A DNA stretch of 64,000 bases, taken from NCBI GenBank assembly GCA_949358305.1, contig OX442314.1, forward strand, positions 7,936,001 through 8,000,000, in the 5' to 3' direction. The notes below the pieces were generated by a model. That model did no database searches. It was not told where the DNA came from and worked only from the letters and a program-made list of their open reading frames with translations. Made by a program: the position numbers and the translations under genes. Source of the DNA: Strigamia acuminata (lineage: Eukaryota). Of the stretch, positions 60,212-64,000 are shown one piece after another (within the stretch, counting starts at the first letter, position 1; every line of letters begins with the position of its first letter).

Positions 60212-63200
60212 TGTCAGACACATCAGATAAAAATAAATTTTAATAGTCAAATAATTCATCATAAAATTAAAATATTAGAATTTAAAAGTATCACAACGGT
60301 AAAAATTGAGCATGTCAGCAGGTTTAAAGTACGGAGTATACTTTTGTGCGAATACAATATAGCCGAGAATTAAGAATGTCAGGCCAATTTTATCGCATTC
60401 GTGCTGAGAACGACTTGGTTGCCTTGTGATTGCAGATGACACCCGGTAGGGTTGTGGGATTATTTCTTTGGGCGAGTGCGGTGCGGATTGTTGGGCAATA
60501 ATCGGTTTTAGATTCTATGTAGTTTTTGTTCTAATATGTTGGAGGCATAAAAATGGAGACGCGTGGTTGTTAGGTGAAAATATTAACAGTGATGGTTTTA
60601 ATCTTAAACAGATGTTAAAAAGTGCGTGGAGCACCAAATACAATTCGGGTCACTGATTGGTCAGTGTCAGTGACAGGTGCACAGGTGACAAAGACACCTG
60701 GCGGACAGGAATACAACATTCAATAAACAACACTTCCCCTGAATGGCAATATTCCTACATTTTAAAATTCAAAACATTTTTCTTAAACAATTCAGACATT
60801 TAAAAAATTAAAGTATTCATTCACAAACAATTCAAATATTAAAAACAATATTTCTTAAACAATTTCCTTCAATCCAAATTGGGCGATCAATTCTTCGTGT
60901 TTTGGCTTAAAAAGCCCCTTGGTCAACACATCGGCGACCATCTTCTCACTCTCCAGGAATTCTATGTCGATATCTCCCCGCTCACATGTTTCTCGAACGA
61001 AATGGTGGCGAATGTCGATGTGCTTGGTCCTGGAATGAAAAATTGGGTTTCGCACCAATTTGTGTGCCCCCTGATTATCGCTATAAATGAGGGTCGTTTC
61101 TTTCTTCTTGTTGATGTATTTAATTTCGTCTAGGAAGTTTCGCAAGTAGATTGCTTCTTTTGACGCGTCGGCCAACGCCATATATTCTGCTTCGGTCGAC
61201 GAGGTTGCGACGGTCTTCTGCTTTCTTGCTTCCCAGCATATTGTCGCGTTCGCGAGTTTAAAGCAGTAGCCGGTGTACGAGCGACGGTCGTCCAAGTTTG
61301 CTCCCCAATCTGCATCCGTGTAGCCGACTAAGTCTTTTCCGGTCTTTTCGAATTTTAGCCCGAGATTCGATGAGTGCTTCAAATATCTTAGGACGCGTTT
61401 TGCTGCTGTCCAATGAGTTCCGGTGAAACACGTATTATATTGACTTAATGCGCTGACGGTGTAGGAAATATCGGGTCGAGTGCAAACGGCGAGGTACATG
61501 AGTGATCCGATTAAACTTTGGTACGGGAACTTCTCTGGATCCAGTAGCTCTTCGTCGGTCCCATCCTCCTTTTTCTTGTTTTTCTGCAATTTCTGATTTG
61601 CGTCGAGTGGAGTTGTGTTTTTCGAGCAGCCTTGCATTCCGAAACGATTCAGTATGTCCTTAACGTATTTTTTCTGCGCCATCGTGATTGATTTCGTCTT
61701 TTCGTCCTGTTTAAACTCGATTCCCAAGCAGTAGTGAATTTGTCCTAAATCCTTCATTTTGAACTCGCTCTTCAGGTTCGATTTTAATTTCTCCAAGTTT
61801 CTTTTGCAGTTCGTTGCGATGATAAAATCATCCACGTAGATTGCGACGAGCGTGATGACTTCTCCATTCATTTGGTAATACACGCATGGGTCTGCGTTTG
61901 TTGGCTTCAGTCCGTGCTTTTGCAACTTCTCGTCCAGTTTTTTGTACCACTGGCGACCCGACTGCTTCAATCCGTATAATGCCTTTCTCATCCGGCAGAC
62001 TTTTCCTTTCTTGATTTTTATTCCAGCGATAAATTCCAAATATTCGGGGAATTCCATAAAAATTTCCTCTTCGATTTCGCCGTTCAAATATGCCGTTATC
62101 GCGTCCATTTGGTGTACGGTCAATCCCAACTCGGCTGCGATTGCCATCATCATTCGAATTGATCCCGGTCGTGCGACGGGCGCGTAGGTTTCAAAGTAGT
62201 CGATGCCTGGCTGCTGTGCATATCCTTTGGCGACCAGTCGGGCCTTTCTGCGTTCGATTGACCCGTCTGCTTCAAATTTTGTGCGGAGGACCCATCTACA
62301 TCCGATTACGTTTCTATTTTTCGGTCGGTCGCACTCCTCCCACGTTTCGTTTTCAATTAAAGCGTCGTATTCGTCCTTCATCGCTTTCATCCATTCTTGT
62401 GGGTCGTTTCCATTCAAAGCTTCGGCCGCTGTCGTTGGATCGTCGAGAATTGCTATCTGTGCAATTTCGTCCAAAACTTCATTAGTTGTTGTCGGATTCT
62501 TTCTGGTGTATCTCTTTCTGGGTGGGTCCCCATTTCGATTTGGGTAAGGTTTTGGCGTTCTCGAGGATCGTCGTGGAATTATTTGCGCGTTTTCATTCTG
62601 ACGAGGTTCGGCTTCTTCGTGTTGCGTCTCTCTCTCGTCCTCATTGTCGGGCTCGTTCTCGCCTGCGCTCTCGACTTCGTCCTCGGAAATTTCGGTTCCA
62701 TTCTCGATTTGATCTGTTCTGCAATCGGTGAGAATGTCATTAAAATTATTGTTATTATCGTTTTCTTCACATTCTTCATTCGTTTCATTTTCCGATTTTT
62801 CGACAAATTTCACATCGCGACTTTTTATAATTTTGTTTTCGCTTTTTGACCACAAGCGATACGCCTTCGATCCGTCCCAATATCCGATGAGAATACATTC
62901 TTTTGACTTCGGTTCGAACTTCCCCTTGTTCGGTTTCTTGTCCAACGCGAAGACTCTGCTTCCAAAAACCCGAAAATAGTCGACATTCGGTTTTCTTCCG
63001 GTCCAGACTTGATGCGGGATTTCATTTTCCAAACTTCTAGTCGGGCATTTATTTCGGATGTGGCATGCAGTGTTGATTGCTTCCGCCCAATATGAGTTAG
63101 GCAATTTTGCTTGCAGTAACATGCATCGTGCCATCTCGATCAAAGTTCTATTCATTCTTTCCGAGACGCCATTTTGTTCCGGGGTTCGTTCGACGCTGGT

Positions 63201-64000
63201 TTGGCGCTTTATGCCGTTTTCTTGTAAATACGTGTCGAATTTCTTATTTACATATTCCTTCCCGTTGTCCGATCGTAAAACTTTTAGTGCGCAACCAGTT
63301 TCCCTCTCGCAAAACGTTTTAAATGATTTGAATGCCTCGAAAACTTCGCTTTTGTGCTTCAGAAAATACACCTTGCACCACCTCGATTTGTCGTCGGTGA
63401 AGGTCACGAAGTATCTTGATCCGTTCATGGACTTTGTTGGCATTGGTCCGCAAACGTCCGAGTGTACAAGTTCCAGCAGTTTTTCGCTTTTTGACGTGGA
63501 GTCAGGAAATTTCGTACTTGCGTGCTTCCCCTCGATGCAAGTTTCACAAGTTGGCAGCTTGGCGTCCTTTTCCAAATTCATTCCGTCCGCCTTTTCGTTT
63601 AGTATTTTCAGACTTGACTCGTTCAGGTGCCCAAGTCTTTTGTGCCATTCTTGTATTTTCGTACTTGCTGGTTTTGCAGGTTTTGATCCGGTTCCGACTT
63701 CGATTTCCGCTGCAGTCGCAGCATCCTCGGTCTCGTCGACGATGTAATACAGTCCGTTCCTTTTTTCGGCGGTGAATACGATTTCTCCCTTCGGATTTAT
63801 CACTTCTGCTGATTTATCATCGAAAATCACCTTGTGTCCCCGTTCTGTGATCTTCCCGACTGACATCAAATTCGTTCGTAAATCTCGTACCAAAAGAGTT
63901 TCCGCCAAATCCAGCTTCACATTTCCGTTCCCGGTGTTGACGACAATTTTCGCGGTTCCTTTTCCGTCGATTTTTGTACTCGCTTTGCTGGCCAAATTCA
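60212..64000 (-). mobile_element. Ty1/Copia LTR retrotransposon, 3' part (inner end of the 3' LTR at 60732; outer end ~60212 uncertain)
   Basis: PPT AGGGGAAG followed by TGTTG at 60732 (-); intact pol ORF. Confidence 0.85.
60855..64000 (-). CDS. Copia polyprotein (GAG-pre-integrase, integrase, RT, RNase H); open at the window edge
   Basis: WHKRLGH..C..C, HSDVCGP, RSDNGKEY, KARLVAKG, LYGLKQS, YVDD, TDADW, SSTEAEY, ADVLTK. Confidence 0.97.
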   Translation of the reverse strand, partial: NLASKASTKIDGKGTAKIVVNTGNGNVKLDLAETLLVRDLRTNLMSVGKITERGHKVIFDDKSAEVINPKGEIVFTAEKRNGLYYIVDETEDAATAAEIEVGTGSKPAKPASTKIQEWHKRLGHLNESSLKILNEKADGMNLEKDAKLPTCETCIEGKHASTKFPDSTSKSEKLLELVHSDVCGPMPTKSMNGSRYFVTFTDDKSRWCKVYFLKHKSEVFEAFKSFKTFCERETGCALKVLRSDNGKEYVNKKFDTYLQENGIKRQTSVERTPEQNGVSERMNRTLIEMARCMLLQAKLPNSYWAEAINTACHIRNKCPTRSLENEIPHQVWTGRKPNVDYFRVFGSRVFALDKKPNKGKFEPKSKECILIGYWDGSKAYRLWSKSENKIIKSRDVKFVEKSENETNEECEENDNNNNFNDILTDCRTDQIENGTEISEDEVESAGENEPDNEDERETQHEEAEPRQNENAQIIPRRSSRTPKPYPNRNGDPPRKRYTRKNPTTTNEVLDEIAQIAILDDPTTAAEALNGNDPQEWMKAMKDEYDALIENETWEECDRPKNRNVIGCRWVLRTKFEADGSIERRKARLVAKGYAQQPGIDYFETYAPVARPGSIRMMMAIAAELGLTVHQMDAITAYLNGEIEEEIFMEFPEYLEFIAGIKIKKGKVCRMRKALYGLKQSGRQWYKKLDEKLQKHGLKPTNADPCVYYQMNGEVITLVAIYVDDFIIATNCKRNLEKLKSNLKSEFKMKDLGQIHYCLGIEFKQDEKTKSITMAQKKYVKDILNRFGMQGCSKNTTPLDANQKLQKNKKKEDGTDEELLDPEKFPYQSLIGSLMYLAVCTRPDISYTVSALSQYNTCFTGTHWTAAKRVLRYLKHSSNLGLKFEKTGKDLVGYTDADWGANLDDRRSYTGYCFKLANATICWEARKQKTVATSSTEAEYMALADASKEAIYLRNFLDEIKYINKKKETTLIYSDNQGAHKLVRNPIFHSRTKHIDIRHHFVRETCERGDIDIEFLESEKMVADVLTKGLFKPKHEELIAQFGLKEIV

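Noticed and set aside
60879..63775. Plus-strand ORFs overlapping the Copia pol (similarly for the Gypsy, BEL and MULE ORFs)
   Set aside because: Antisense shadows of real coding sequence with no recognisable motifs

Overview
AT-rich eukaryotic (invertebrate, arthropod-like) DNA made mostly of nested transposable elements, inserted into a cluster of intron-containing DEG/ENaC (pickpocket/ASIC-like) channel genes. Host genes: a multi-exon DEG/ENaC gene (+, ~1.1-7.3 kb); a minus-strand gene (14.6-23.9 kb) encoding TWO DEG/ENaC subunits in one reading frame, interrupted by a BEL/Pao element; a partial duplicate of it (42-45 kb); the 3' part of a paralog (54-60 kb); an SDR/retinol-dehydrogenase fragment; and an unannotated two-exon secreted six-Cys (CS-alpha/beta) peptide gene. 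Mobile DNA: a young full-length 13.2-kb Ty3/Gypsy element with 1653-bp LTRs, a tRNA-Gln PBS, a single Gag-Pol ORF and a non-Env zinc-finger accessory ORF. Its LTR carries covarying RNA structures shared with a related solo LTR. Also present: a full-length Kolobok element (DDE + YqaJ/lambda-exonuclease), a MULE with SWIM/Ulp1/PHD, a decayed Gypsy, a Copia, a DD39D-type mariner, several MITEs and minisatellites. All calls come from reading motifs by eye; no database searches were run.
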